NCBI GenBank assembly: GCA_964350735.1
Contig: CAYGKO010000002.1
Span: 26,134 to 90,133, forward strand
Source: an uncultured Candidatus Saccharibacteria bacterium
GTDB taxonomy: Bacteria; Patescibacteriota; Minisyncoccia; Phycocordibacterales; UBA918
DNA: 64,000 nt
Direction: 5' to 3'
Positions 1 to 11,753 of this stretch are shown here, piece after piece. Made by a program: the position numbers and the translations under genes. Under the pieces are notes generated by a model, which had not been told where the DNA came from, searched no databases, and worked only from the letters and a program-made list of their open reading frames with translations. Position 1 is the first letter of the stretch, and the number at the start of each line of letters is the position of its first letter.

Positions 1-39
1 GTAATCAAGCTGGCGTTAACAAGTATTTAAAAAAATATT

Positions 40-195
40 ATGTTTAAAAGTATCGGTTTTGTGATCAGTCTATACGCGATCACTCAATTTTTTGCTTCAG
101 CGACAGCTTCATTTGAGCGAGCTATGGTAGCTACATTCGACACTATCGAATCGGCTGCTCTAGTATCAGAAACTCAAATTGAATCTCTTCGCTAA
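40..195 (+). CDS. possible small ORF (51 aa, MFKSIGFVISLYAITQFFASATASFERAMVATFDTIESAALVSETQIESLR); could be noncoding
   Basis: My own translation of an ATG-initiated frame not in the ORF track. It has no clear SD and is followed by a hairpin terminator. Confidence 0.2.
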   Translation: MFKSIGFVISLYAITQFFASATASFERAMVATFDTIESAALVSETQIESLR

Positions 196-203
196 TGCAC
201 CCA

Positions 204-240
204 CCGAGTCCCCAGGACTCGGTTTGTTGTGTCTGCTTTT
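204..240 (+). terminator. rho-independent terminator (ccgagtcc-cca-ggactcgg followed by a T-rich tract)
   Basis: Perfect 8-bp GC-rich inverted repeat followed by tttgttgtgtctgctttt. Confidence 0.55.
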
Positions 241-269
241 ATTGATAAAAATGCTACTATACTAGAAAT

Positions 270-1316
270 ATGGTCATGAATCGCATAGTCGAATATGTAT
301 TTTTCTTCGGGTTGATGGGGATCGTCGGCTATTTGGTCTGGGAGATCATTTCTCCCTTTGTCTCAGCCTTAGCGTTAGCTGCGATTATTGTCACAATCTG
401 CTATCCCTTATATACAAGGCTCATTCCACGGATGCCAAAACAGAATCAAACTTTAGCGGCACTTACGACCACAGTCTTAGTTTTGGTGGTAGTTATTATC
501 CCAGTCTTTCTATTGACGTCTGCCATTGTTGGAGAAGCAGTGACGGTATATCAGCTACTCAATAAAGATCAGGTTATTTTCGCTGAATCATTGGGAGCAT
601 TTGAAACAAGTTTGCAAGCATTTTTACCTGGTTTTGAACTTAACTTCACTGAATACTTACGTCAGGCAGCTGAATGGTTTGCTGGAAATCTTGGAGCAAT
701 CTTTGCCGGTACAGCATCTACCATTTTCCTCTTTTTTATTGCTATGATCGGTTCTTTTTACTTTTTTCGAGACGGTAAGGAGTTTACCCAGAAGTTAGTT
801 GTTATTAGTCCATTACCTGATGATGAAGATGAGCTAATTCTGTCACGTCTCGCGACAGCAGTTCGATCAGTTGCTACTGGTATTGTGTTAGTAGCGCTCA
901 TTCAGGGAACACTTACAGCCATCGGACTTTCAATTGTTGGTATTGAACGCGCAGTATTGTTTGGAGCGATTGCAGCGATTGGGGCGCTGATTCCTAGTGT
1001 TGGAACGTCGATTATATTTATTCCTGCTATCGGGTATCTTTTGTTCGCCGGTGAGTATGTAAATGCCATGATTTTGACAGCTTGGGGATTGACGTTTGTA
1101 GGACTGATCGACAATCTGCTCGGTCCGTATTTAATGGGACGGGGAAGCGCCATGCATCCATTCCTAATTTTGCTTGCGGTACTAGGGGGTATTTCAGTAT
1201 TTGGGCCAATCGGCTTTATAGTGGGACCGGTAGTAGTGAGCCTATTTATGGTTTTGCTGGAACTGTACTCAATCCATATTGCTGCTGATAATCAAACTGC
1301 GGAACAGAGCATATGA
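270..1316 (+). CDS. AI-2E family transporter (PerM/UPF0118-like permease)
   Basis: Polytopic membrane protein of about 348 aa with the characteristic central FFRDGKEF motif and 7-8 predicted TM helices. Confidence 0.75.
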   Translation: MVMNRIVEYVFFFGLMGIVGYLVWEIISPFVSALALAAIIVTICYPLYTRLIPRMPKQNQTLAALTTTVLVLVVVIIPVFLLTSAIVGEAVTVYQLLNKDQVIFAESLGAFETSLQAFLPGFELNFTEYLRQAAEWFAGNLGAIFAGTASTIFLFFIAMIGSFYFFRDGKEFTQKLVVISPLPDDEDELILSRLATAVRSVATGIVLVALIQGTLTAIGLSIVGIERAVLFGAIAAIGALIPSVGTSIIFIPAIGYLLFAGEYVNAMILTAWGLTFVGLIDNLLGPYLMGRGSAMHPFLILLAVLGGISVFGPIGFIVGPVVVSLFMVLLELYSIHIAADNQTAEQSI

Positions 1317-1723
1317 TCAGCCGACCGATTGTAGAAAAAATACTAGCAGCCAATGGTATTGAGGCAACTGCAGAAGATGAAGTGATCAAGTCTGTTTTAA
1401 TTGAAGCAAACTGGCATCAAGATGATGTTGACACTGCCTTAACAGTTCTTCGAGAGAATACAACAACTCACGTTGAGAAAGTTGATTCACTTCATAAGGT
1501 CTTTAGAACTGACGAACGATTAAAGCCAGAAACAATCTCAGCGCTCCTTGGTATTGATGTTGATGTGAAAAATTATGAAGAATTACGCCTCGACCGAAGT
1601 ACGCATCAGAGTTTCTTTTCGCAGGTTGCTAGTATTGCTTTGGTCTCAATTGGACTAGCTCTTATTTTTGTTATGGGCGGTATGTGGTTTTGGCAAATAG
1701 GAATTTTTCACCATAGCTATTAA
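1313..1723 (+). CDS. hypothetical protein with C-terminal TM anchor
   Basis: ATGA overlap with the upstream stop. Soluble N-terminal part followed by a hydrophobic C-terminus (IALVSIGLALIFVMGGMWFW). Confidence 0.45.
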   Translation: MISRPIVEKILAANGIEATAEDEVIKSVLIEANWHQDDVDTALTVLRENTTTHVEKVDSLHKVFRTDERLKPETISALLGIDVDVKNYEELRLDRSTHQSFFSQVASIALVSIGLALIFVMGGMWFWQIGIFHHSY

Positions 1724-1726
1724 GTC

Positions 1727-2812
1727 ATGAGACTTGGTATTATTTTTTTAAGCATATTTGTTCTTAGTGCAGCTTTTATCAGTACAGATGTACCACGGTT
1801 TGAGTACAATCCGTGGCCAGCTTTTCAGAAAGGTTTAATTGAATCAGTTTCAAATGAAGAGCCCGTATTCACCGTGGCGACAAGTAGCATGTTTTTTGGT
1901 GGTGATGTGCTGCTGGCGCGGGATGTAGAGAGAAATATGGTTAAGTATGGAGCAGACTATCCCTACAAGAACTTGAAAGAAATCTGGCGAGATGCCACTG
2001 ATATTGTAGTCAATTTTGAATCGACTGCCCCTAATACGCACGTACCAACGCCAGATCTCACAACGAGCTTCTCGTCGCCATTATGGGTGCTTGATGAGTT
2101 GGCGGAGGCTGGTGTAACACTGGTGAGTCTCGCCAACAATCACGCTTTAGATAAAGGTCAGCGAGCCTATATAGAAACGGTAGATAATATTGAGTCACTT
2201 GGAATTGAAGTTTTTGGTCATCCAAAAGAAATTGACAATGAATCTATTTCTTACGTAGAGTTTGGTGAGCAACGAGTGGCCTTGATTGCTTTACATGATA
2301 TTGATGGCGATATTGATACTGCAGCTATTTCTCAAACCTTCACCACGGCAGCTTCTAGTTCTGACCTGCAAATTGTATATATCCACTGGGGCCAAGAATA
2401 TAAATTGCTACACAGCACCCCCCAAGAAGCCTTAGCGACTTTCATGATTGATGCTGGAGCAGATATGATCATTGGGCACCATCCACACGTCGTTCAAGAT
2501 ATACAAATATATAAAGATACATTGATAGTGTATTCCCTAGGCAATTTAGTATTTGACCAATATTTTAGTGCCGCTGTGCAAGAAGGGTTACTGCTGGAAT
2601 TATCTTCTGATGAGAATAAAGTGATTAGGCTTAATTTACTGCCAGTTACAAGTATTGGCAGTCGAGTGCAGCCGCGATTGATGGCAGAGCGTGAACAAAG
2701 TGTATGGCTTGAGGCGTTAGCAAATAGAAGCGAAGCGTCAATAAAAACCGAAATCCTTACGGGCAGCATCAGTCTCGATAAAAACCTTGCAATTTCACCA
2801 CGTTTACCATAG
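1727..2812 (+). CDS. CapA/PgsA-family metallophosphatase (poly-gamma-glutamate synthesis/capsule-like)
   Basis: N-terminal signal anchor. Motifs SLANNHALDKG, YIHWGQEY and GHHPHVVQ are typical of the CapA family. Confidence 0.7.
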   Translation: MRLGIIFLSIFVLSAAFISTDVPRFEYNPWPAFQKGLIESVSNEEPVFTVATSSMFFGGDVLLARDVERNMVKYGADYPYKNLKEIWRDATDIVVNFESTAPNTHVPTPDLTTSFSSPLWVLDELAEAGVTLVSLANNHALDKGQRAYIETVDNIESLGIEVFGHPKEIDNESISYVEFGEQRVALIALHDIDGDIDTAAISQTFTTAASSSDLQIVYIHWGQEYKLLHSTPQEALATFMIDAGADMIIGHHPHVVQDIQIYKDTLIVYSLGNLVFDQYFSAAVQEGLLLELSSDENKVIRLNLLPVTSIGSRVQPRLMAEREQSVWLEALANRSEASIKTEILTGSISLDKNLAISPRLP

Positions 2813-2842
2813 TATGTCGAGACTTATAGTAATGAAACATGT

Positions 2843-3382
2843 ATGAACCTGAATAAATTTGAAACAATCGGAATCGGAGTAAGTATCGGTGCTATGGTGT
2901 TGGCGTTATTTTTACTGCGCGTAGAATCTAGCAACAATCTCACTCTCACCTCAGATACTGCGGCAGACCAAGCAGCAGCTATCATCGTTGGGTCTGAAGG
3001 TAACCAAGACGCTGAGCTCGCAACTGCGATCCTCGAAGGATCTTCTCCATCTGGTGAAATTCAGCGATTGATTATCGATGACGTTGCGTTTGGTTCTGGA
3101 CCAGAAGTGGTAACAGGGGATACTATTTCAGTAAATTACATTGGCACCCTCCAAAATGGACAGGAGTTCGATAACTCAATTAAGCGAGGGGAACCCTTTA
3201 CTTTCACTGTTGGCGCCGGGCGGGTGATTGCAGGCTGGGAACAGGGTGTGGTTGGGATGAAGGTGGGCGGGCAGCGTGTGTTGGTAATTCCCTCCGACCT
3301 AGCCTACGGCGACCGTGGGGCTGGTCCCATCCCTGGTGATGCGACGTTGGTGTTCGCGATTGAGCTACTTTCTATCAACTAA
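2843..3382 (+). CDS. FKBP-type peptidyl-prolyl cis-trans isomerase, membrane-anchored
   Basis: C-terminal FKBP domain (GDTISVNYIGTL..GQEFDNS..FTFTVGAGRVIAGWEQGVVGMKVGGQRVLVIP..YGDRGAG..IPGDATLVF). N-terminal hydrophobic anchor. Confidence 0.8.
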   Translation: MNLNKFETIGIGVSIGAMVLALFLLRVESSNNLTLTSDTAADQAAAIIVGSEGNQDAELATAILEGSSPSGEIQRLIIDDVAFGSGPEVVTGDTISVNYIGTLQNGQEFDNSIKRGEPFTFTVGAGRVIAGWEQGVVGMKVGGQRVLVIPSDLAYGDRGAGPIPGDATLVFAIELLSIN

Positions 3383-4590
3383 TGGCTGATAAACCAGTTA
3401 CATTTGAGATAATTAAGCGTCAAAAAGGCACTCTTGGCCGAGCTGGTGTTATTCATACTCCTCATGGTGATATCGAAACACCAGCTTTTGTGTGTGTAGG
3501 AACTAAGGGGACGGTAAAGAGTCTCAAGTCAGAAGATATGCGTGACTACGTCGGTAATCAAGTGGCACTTGCCAATACCTACCATCTTTTTTTGCAGCCA
3601 GGCGATGATGTAGTGAAAGAAGCGGGCGGTTTACACAAATTCTCTAACTGGGACATGCCGACTATTACTGATAGTGGGGGATTTCAGGTATTTAGTCTGG
3701 GAGCAGCTTTTGGGAAAGGAGTGACTAAATTTGCGCAAAATGCGGCCGAAGCTGATGCAGTCGCTGAGAAGTCGGGGCTTAATGTCTACTCACAAGAACT
3801 GGCCAGTGAGCATGGTAAGCTCTGCGTGATTGATGAAGAAGGGGTTACCTTCACCTCACATATCGACGGTTCAATGCACCGCTTCACCGCCGAACGTTCA
3901 ATTGATATTCAACACAACATTGGTGCGGACATTATTATCGCTTTTGATGAGTGTACGAGTCCAACTGCCGATAAGGAGTATCAGATCGAAGCGATGAACC
4001 GTACTCATCGCTGGGCGAAGCGTTCAATTATGGCGCATAAGCAGAACTATGACGCCTTAAAGAAGCAGGGTCTCTACGGTGTGGTACAAGGTGGACGACA
4101 TCTTGATCTACGGGCGGAGAGTGCTACCGCGCTGGCTGATATGGATTTTGATGGTTATGGGATTGGCGGCAGCTTCACCAAGGCTGACTTGGGTGAAGCA
4201 GTGCGTACCGTGAACGAAATTTTACCGGAAGACAAACCACGGCACTTGCTTGGAATCGGAGAACCCGGAGACATTGTGGAAGGAGTAGCGCTTGGCTGTG
4301 ACACGTTTGACTGTGTCGCTCCCACCCGTATCGCTCGTACCGGAACTATTTACGAAACTACCAATGCCGGGCACCAGCGAACCAACCTGTTAAATCAAAA
4401 ATACATCCGTGATTTTAGTAAGCCTGACGAATCATGCGATTGTTACGTCTGTACCCACTACACCAAAGCCTACCTAGCCCACCTCTTCCGCTCCAAAGAA
4501 ATGCTTGGTCCGCACTTAGCGTCACTGCATAATCTTTATTACATCGTGAATTTCACTAAGAAACTAAGGGAACAAATATTAACAAGCTGA
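3382..4590 (+). CDS. tgt: queuine tRNA-ribosyltransferase (tRNA-guanine transglycosylase)
   Basis: TGT-family motifs: the FDCVAPTRIARTG segment and the C-terminal zinc site CDCYVCTHYTKAYLAHL. The start overlaps the FKBP stop (TAATG). Confidence 0.88.
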   Translation: MADKPVTFEIIKRQKGTLGRAGVIHTPHGDIETPAFVCVGTKGTVKSLKSEDMRDYVGNQVALANTYHLFLQPGDDVVKEAGGLHKFSNWDMPTITDSGGFQVFSLGAAFGKGVTKFAQNAAEADAVAEKSGLNVYSQELASEHGKLCVIDEEGVTFTSHIDGSMHRFTAERSIDIQHNIGADIIIAFDECTSPTADKEYQIEAMNRTHRWAKRSIMAHKQNYDALKKQGLYGVVQGGRHLDLRAESATALADMDFDGYGIGGSFTKADLGEAVRTVNEILPEDKPRHLLGIGEPGDIVEGVALGCDTFDCVAPTRIARTGTIYETTNAGHQRTNLLNQKYIRDFSKPDESCDCYVCTHYTKAYLAHLFRSKEMLGPHLASLHNLYYIVNFTKKLREQILTS

Positions 4591-4645
4591 TATTTTTGAG
4601 GTATTGTTATAAGTAAGGAGATCCTCCTTTATAATTTATCTACTC

Positions 4646-4798
4646 ATGGGAGTAGAGAAGGTAGGGATAGGTGTTATGGGCGGCTATGTTATTTCAGCAA
4701 TTATCGGAGCGGTTGTATTCTTCGCTCTGACAGGAGTTCCTCTGACTATGGTCGTAGGAGCTCTTGCCGGAGCTATTGGATATCGACTTGGCAAATAG
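4646..4798 (+). CDS. small glycine-zipper membrane peptide (50 aa; possibly GlsB/YeaQ/YmgE-like)
   Basis: My own translation: MGVEKVGIGVMGGYVISAIIGAVVFFALTGVPLTMVVGALAGAIGYRLGK, with two short hydrophobic segments and GxxxG repeats. An alternative in-frame start lies at 4676. Confidence 0.35.
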   Translation: MGVEKVGIGVMGGYVISAIIGAVVFFALTGVPLTMVVGALAGAIGYRLGK

Positions 4799-4804
4799 CA
4801 CTTC

Positions 4805-4836
4805 GCGCGGCAGCAAGTTCAGCTGCCGCGTTTTTT
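4805..4836 (+). terminator. rho-independent terminator (gcggcagc-aagttca-gctgccgc + TTTTTT)
   Basis: Perfect 8-bp GC stem followed by a T6 run immediately after the small peptide ORF. It occupies the region the ORF track assigned to the uvrB N-terminus. Confidence 0.7.
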
Positions 4837-4920
4837 GTGTTTCGTTATAACGTTTGCAGTGTGCGCTTGGGTGCCCGATCTACCTTTTTTTATATTTTAA
4901 ATCTAAGGTATAGTACGGGG

Positions 4921-6951
<2,031 letters not shown>

Positions 6952-6967
6952 CATGCTAGGATAGGGT

Positions 6968-7327
6968 ATGAAAAAAATTGCCCTTATCGAAGATGATCAG
7001 TTTATTCAGGATTTTGTGTCTGGTAAATTGATAGAAGCTGGTTATGCCGTCACTGTCTGTAGTGATGGTGAAGCTGCTGTGGGTCATATTATCGAACAAA
7101 TACCGGATGTGGTTTTACTTGATCTTGATCTGCCAAACTTGTCTGGTCATGAAATTCTTAAAGTGTTACAAGTAGAAGAAAGTACTAAGAACATACCCGT
7201 GATTATTTTTTCCAATAACGATGACCCAGATTTGAAAGAGAAAATGATCGCCGCTGGAGCGAAAGATTTCTATATGAAAGCGGTGACTAACCCTGCAGAA
7301 CTCATCTCAAAGATTGAGTCGGTGTAA
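6968..7327 (+). CDS. response regulator, receiver (REC) domain only
   Basis: CheY-like fold: acidic pocket DD near the N-terminus, phospho-acceptor Asp in VVLLDLDLP, conserved K in the AAGAKDFYMK region. No output domain. Confidence 0.8.
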   Translation: MKKIALIEDDQFIQDFVSGKLIEAGYAVTVCSDGEAAVGHIIEQIPDVVLLDLDLPNLSGHEILKVLQVEESTKNIPVIIFSNNDDPDLKEKMIAAGAKDFYMKAVTNPAELISKIESV

Positions 7328-7380
7328 GTTATCGACAGGTGTTGAAAATATATGAGTAGAAGGGGCGTATACTATAGGAA

Positions 7381-10353
7381 ATGAGTCCGGCAAAAAAGGC
7401 AACGGCCCGAAAAACCGCACCTAAAAAACGAGCGGCATCTACGCGTACAACCAAGGTGACGCCAAAGAAGCGGGTGACCAAAAAACCGGCAGTTACAACT
7501 GTGCGTAAAAAGGTGGTGAAAAAGGTGATTAAGAAAAAGATCCTGGTTAAAAAAACCGCACCAAAAGCCGAAAAAAAACTAAAACCAAGAAAAAAGGGAA
7601 CTATTTCAAATACTTTTGCAAAAGGTGACAAGAAGCCTTTTTCGTTCCCACAATCTGTTTCGTTGGCTATTATTGCCATGCCTAAACTGCCGGTTGATAT
7701 TGACACCCTCGCAGTCAGTATGGCTCGTTACGGGGGACTTTCGATGGTTGTCGTAGGGGCCTGTTTTTCTTTGTTTTATGCCCAAGCAGTTGGGCTTCAA
7801 ATGCCAAGTGTTTCAAATATAGCCGAAGTTATTAGCGGTGTTGCTGGAAGCACAACCGAAACAAGTACCGGAGCGAACACTGCTTCAGTGACTATAAATA
7901 AAACCCCGGGAGCTAACTTTGAAGTATCTGGGCAAAATCCTAGAAGTCGTGATGTTCAGGTACGCATTGATGTACCTCTGGCCAAACGAGTCACGGTGTT
8001 TGCATTTCATACTGATACGCAAGAGTACATTTTGTTAGGACAAGCTTCGATGGAAGGATCAGACCAGTGGAGTCTGATTTGGGACACTACAAAATACGTT
8101 GATGGAGCATATAAACTAAAAGCGGTTATTTTAAATGAGTTTGGTTCCTATGATGGATTTAGCCAAAAACAATTTGATGTCAGTAATCAATCAGAAAGTA
8201 ACGATGATCAAACTGAAATAGATGAAGAAGAGGTTTCAGATGCTGCTCACGAAACAACTGAAGAGGAATCTCATTCGGAAACTGAAGCTGGGTCGCTAGA
8301 AACTACTGATACAACTGAAGGTTTAGAAGATGTTTTCAACCAAACTGAGACTGACGACACTGTAAAGCTTCCTAATGATCCTGTGGATTTACTTACTTCG
8401 GTCGCGCCAGATAAACTGGAAGCACTAATTTCTTTTTCACCTAAGGAAGCGGGGGTGGTGTCAGTGCTTGTTCGTCCTAATTATAGTGCAGATACTGTGT
8501 TACTTAAGGCAATTCATCGTGAAACAGGGACGTTGTATGATTTAGGTAAAACTACAAATACTGGGGATAGGCGATGGCGCTTTGATTGGCAAACAGCTAA
8601 CAAAGATGATGGTATCTACGCCGTGTATGCAGCTGTGAGTCTTGATGGAGAAAGTTATCTATCGAAAAAATTTAACTTTGAAGTAAATAAAAATTTCACT
8701 ACCGTCGAAGCGGTATCACTTGAAAGTCCAGATGAGAAGATTGAGACGACCGCACCGAATGCTGTTCCTGCAGAAGAAGCGGTAGTACCAACTGCAAATA
8801 ATTTCGCAGTGGCACTTACTATTCCGGTTCGTGATGTCTACACGGGACTAGTTGAAATCATTATCGCTGCGCCAGAGGCATCATTTGTTGAGCTGTATTC
8901 TCGTAATAAATCTGCTAAAAACGAACGCTTTTCAGGCTTGGCGAAAAAGGTAGGAGTTGATACCTGGAGATTTGTGTGGGATACAACTAATGTACCAAAT
9001 GGTGAATACGTACTTAAAAGTAAGGTGAGAGCCAATGGTCAGCTCATGGAAAAGACTTCTTCGGTACTTCGAGTAGAAAATAAAATAATTGCCTTTACCA
9101 CTGATACTGATGCAGTTAACGAAGCTCGACAAGAAGTCTTGAGCTCTAATGACTCTGCCGTTGAGCAGGTACGAGCAGCTGCCGAAGCTCTCACCGTAAG
9201 TGGTTCTGATGAGAGCGCTGCTGCGCCGGTGCAAAAAATTACACTATTGGAAAAAAGACGAATCGAAGAGCTGTCTCCAGCCAGGCTACTTGAAAGTTCA
9301 ATCCTGACAGTAGATGAATTTCCTGAGGCAATTGAATTAGATTCAGAGACTGAAGAAATTGTGGAAACTACAGTGGAAGATCTCTTCACTGCGTACCAGG
9401 AGCGGGTAAATGCTGTTATGCGGGGGGTGGCTTTGGCGGTACGTTCTGGTGACGAAACAGCAATTTCATTAGCTAAAAAAACAGTGGCTGACTTACGAGA
9501 AGATATCCTTTCGGAAGTACTTAACTCTGATGTATCAGCTGAACTTACGTCTTTCATTGATAATAGACTTTCCCGTGAGTTAGCTCGTTTAAAGGTACGT
9601 ACCGAGGCAGATGAAAAGCTAATTAATAACCGAGTCGATACCGATCTCTCAAAGGACTCGGACCAAGATGGGGTGACAGACTTTGACGAAATTAACTTGT
9701 ATGAGACTGATCCGCTGGTAGCGGACTCTGATAATGACGGTTTCAATGACGGAATTGAAATTCTAAGTGGTTACGATCCTCGTAATGCTTCAACTGAAGC
9801 TGTGGTTGAGTATGAGTCTCCAAAGAAGGCTGGTGTAGTACGTGAGGATTTATTTGTGATCGAATCTATTACCACACTTACTCCTGATAGTGCCTTATCT
9901 AGTAACAAAAAGACGCCCGAGGCAGTGATTAGTGGGCGAGCACTCCCAAATAGTTTCGTTACGTTGTATGTCTTCAGTAACCCCGTAGTGGTGACCGTGA
10001 AAACAGATGCTGATGGTAATTGGAGCTATCGGTTCGACAAAGAGATTGCAGATGGTACTCATGAAGTATATGTAGGAGTGACAGACAATGCTGGGCGGGT
10101 AGTGGCTAAAAGTGAACCAGTACGGTTTGTAAAGACGGCCGAAGCGTTTACTCCGGTAGATGCTGCTGAGAACGTTGCGGTTGCACAAACTGAAACCCAG
10201 AAGTCCCTTATTAGTTCCAGCTCAGTGCTGCTTATCGCTTCTGTTTCAGTTGTTGCTATTGGTTTAATTTTGATCCTCTTGGGTCTGCATTTACAAGGTC
10301 GCAAAGAAGATCATTTTATTTTTAGCGGAGAAAAAGACACTGCATCAGTATGA
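7381..10353 (+). CDS. large two-TM cell-surface protein with lysine-rich cytoplasmic N-tail and TSP3-like calcium-binding repeats
   Basis: Residues 1-80 are a KK/PAKK-rich basic tail. TM near SMVVVGACFSLFYAQAVGL. Long acidic/Thr-Ser-rich ectodomain with DSDQDGVTDFDE...DSDNDGFNDGIE (DxDxDG thrombospondin-type-3-like). C-terminal TM LLIASVSVVAIGLILILLGL. The 3' end overlaps the kinase start by 4 nt. Confidence 0.6.
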   Translation: MSPAKKATARKTAPKKRAASTRTTKVTPKKRVTKKPAVTTVRKKVVKKVIKKKILVKKTAPKAEKKLKPRKKGTISNTFAKGDKKPFSFPQSVSLAIIAMPKLPVDIDTLAVSMARYGGLSMVVVGACFSLFYAQAVGLQMPSVSNIAEVISGVAGSTTETSTGANTASVTINKTPGANFEVSGQNPRSRDVQVRIDVPLAKRVTVFAFHTDTQEYILLGQASMEGSDQWSLIWDTTKYVDGAYKLKAVILNEFGSYDGFSQKQFDVSNQSESNDDQTEIDEEEVSDAAHETTEEESHSETEAGSLETTDTTEGLEDVFNQTETDDTVKLPNDPVDLLTSVAPDKLEALISFSPKEAGVVSVLVRPNYSADTVLLKAIHRETGTLYDLGKTTNTGDRRWRFDWQTANKDDGIYAVYAAVSLDGESYLSKKFNFEVNKNFTTVEAVSLESPDEKIETTAPNAVPAEEAVVPTANNFAVALTIPVRDVYTGLVEIIIAAPEASFVELYSRNKSAKNERFSGLAKKVGVDTWRFVWDTTNVPNGEYVLKSKVRANGQLMEKTSSVLRVENKIIAFTTDTDAVNEARQEVLSSNDSAVEQVRAAAEALTVSGSDESAAAPVQKITLLEKRRIEELSPARLLESSILTVDEFPEAIELDSETEEIVETTVEDLFTAYQERVNAVMRGVALAVRSGDETAISLAKKTVADLREDILSEVLNSDVSAELTSFIDNRLSRELARLKVRTEADEKLINNRVDTDLSKDSDQDGVTDFDEINLYETDPLVADSDNDGFNDGIEILSGYDPRNASTEAVVEYESPKKAGVVREDLFVIESITTLTPDSALSSNKKTPEAVISGRALPNSFVTLYVFSNPVVVTVKTDADGNWSYRFDKEIADGTHEVYVGVTDNAGRVVAKSEPVRFVKTAEAFTPVDAAENVAVAQTETQKSLISSSSVLLIASVSVVAIGLILILLGLHLQGRKEDHFIFSGEKDTASV

Positions 10354-11687
10354 TCTCAAAATTGTTGTTTGCGCTTGAGACCGCCTGGTCGTATGTGAAG
10401 CAGCATCCGCAAATTCAATTTGCATTTTTACTTATCTTTGTACTACCATTACTTTTTTTGTATTCAAGTAATCAATTCCTTGAAGCAGGTCGTGCCAACC
10501 AAGATAAGTTGCAGCGTGATCGAGTTGGTCTTCTGCATGATTCATTCGCCTCACTATTGTCTGCTACAGAATTTAATCCGGCCACTGCACAAAAGGAATT
10601 AATGGCAATTTCTGAACTGAATCAGGATATTACAAAGTTTAGAGTTGTTTGGCAAAATGGTAAGGAGTTCACACCAATTGCAGCATTGGATGAGAGTATT
10701 TTAGGAAGATCCGAGGAAGGGATATCACTCTATCAAGCCTCGGCGGCACGCTTTGATGAATCCCTTATCTTTCCTTTCTTTTTAAATGATGTTCGTTATT
10801 GGCAATCAGTCAGGGCTATACAGGCTACCGATGGCCAAAATTTTTTTATACTTACTGAAAATTCATTTGAACAAGTTGATAGCTATCTAAAAAATCAGGA
10901 AAGAACAGCATACATGTCATTACTTTTGGTGTATGTGGTGCTGTTAGGGATAGCATTTTGGCTAATTAGACTCACAAATTATAGAAGCCTCTATGATCAA
11001 GCTGAGCAGGCGATTAAGACTAAGGATTTATTTTCAAATATGATTGCTCACGAGCTGAGAGCACCACTTACCGCTATCAAAGGATATTCAGCCATGGCTG
11101 CGGAAAGCGATGATTTAGCTAAAAATAAAGAACATGCTGGCAAAATCACTGCTGCTTCCGATAGATTACTTGCAATAGTAAATGATCTGCTTGATATAGC
11201 TCGCATTCAGTCAGGCAAGCTGTCTTTTGAAATTGAGAAGCATAATGTTCAAGATACTATTTCTGCGGTGCAGGCAGAACTGCTCATATCAGCCCAACAA
11301 AAAAATATAGCGATCTCTATCGAAAACGATGCCTCCGAAGCTATAGCTTTGGTTGACCCAAAGCGACTACATCAAGCGCTCACAAACTTGGTGAGTAATG
11401 CAATTAAATATACAAAAGAAGGCGAGATATCAATTAGTGCTGAAGAAAAAACTACTGTAGTTGAACTCCGTGTCAAAGATACTGGGATGGGGATTTCGGC
11501 GGAAGATCAGCAAAAACTGTTTGCTCCATTTTACCGAGTGGAATCTACTGATGTGAGCAAAATAACGGGTACTGGACTAGGTATGTGGATTACCCGTCAG
11601 CTGATCGAACTAATGGGCGGATCTATTGGGGTAGAGTCTATCAAGGGGGTTGGTACCCATGTGGTGATTTCACTGCAGAAGCGTTAG
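10350..11687 (+). CDS. sensor histidine kinase (two TM, periplasmic sensor, HisKA + HATPase_c)
   Basis: H-box [14 protein letters not shown]-box (LVSNAIKYT), G1 (DTGMGI) and G2 (GTGLGM) boxes. Two hydrophobic helices flank a sensor loop of about 150 aa. Confidence 0.85.
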   Translation: MISKLLFALETAWSYVKQHPQIQFAFLLIFVLPLLFLYSSNQFLEAGRANQDKLQRDRVGLLHDSFASLLSATEFNPATAQKELMAISELNQDITKFRVVWQNGKEFTPIAALDESILGRSEEGISLYQASAARFDESLIFPFFLNDVRYWQSVRAIQATDGQNFFILTENSFEQVDSYLKNQERTAYMSLLLVYVVLLGIAFWLIRLTNYRSLYDQAEQAIKTKDLFSNMIAHELRAPLTAIKGYSAMAAESDDLAKNKEHAGKITAASDRLLAIVNDLLDIARIQSGKLSFEIEKHNVQDTISAVQAELLISAQQKNIAISIENDASEAIALVDPKRLHQALTNLVSNAIKYTKEGEISISAEEKTTVVELRVKDTGMGISAEDQQKLFAPFYRVESTDVSKITGTGLGMWITRQLIELMGGSIGVESIKGVGTHVVISLQKR

Positions 11688-11753
11688 TCTCTCGAGGCAG
11701 CTTTTGGTATACTCATCAGATAAATCCTCGGCTCCATCCGGAGAGATAATGCT

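Noticed and set aside
4837-4920. ORF-track start of uvrB at 4837
   Set aside because: The extension begins inside the 4805-4836 terminator hairpin and encodes non-conserved residues. The UvrB alignment begins at MKFEISTDK (GTG 4921).
7329-10304. Minus-strand ORFs inside the 990-aa surface protein gene (7329..7706, 8838..9234, 9039..9746, 9895..10304)
   Set aside because: They are wholly antisense to a long plus-strand ORF with coherent domain structure. They are low-complexity Ser/Thr-rich translations typical of shadow ORFs.
11688-11753. LexA/SOS box upstream of uvrA
   Set aside because: No CTGT-N8-ACAG or GAAC-N4-GTTC type palindrome. Only the TGGTATACT extended -10-like motif, reported as a low-interest finding.
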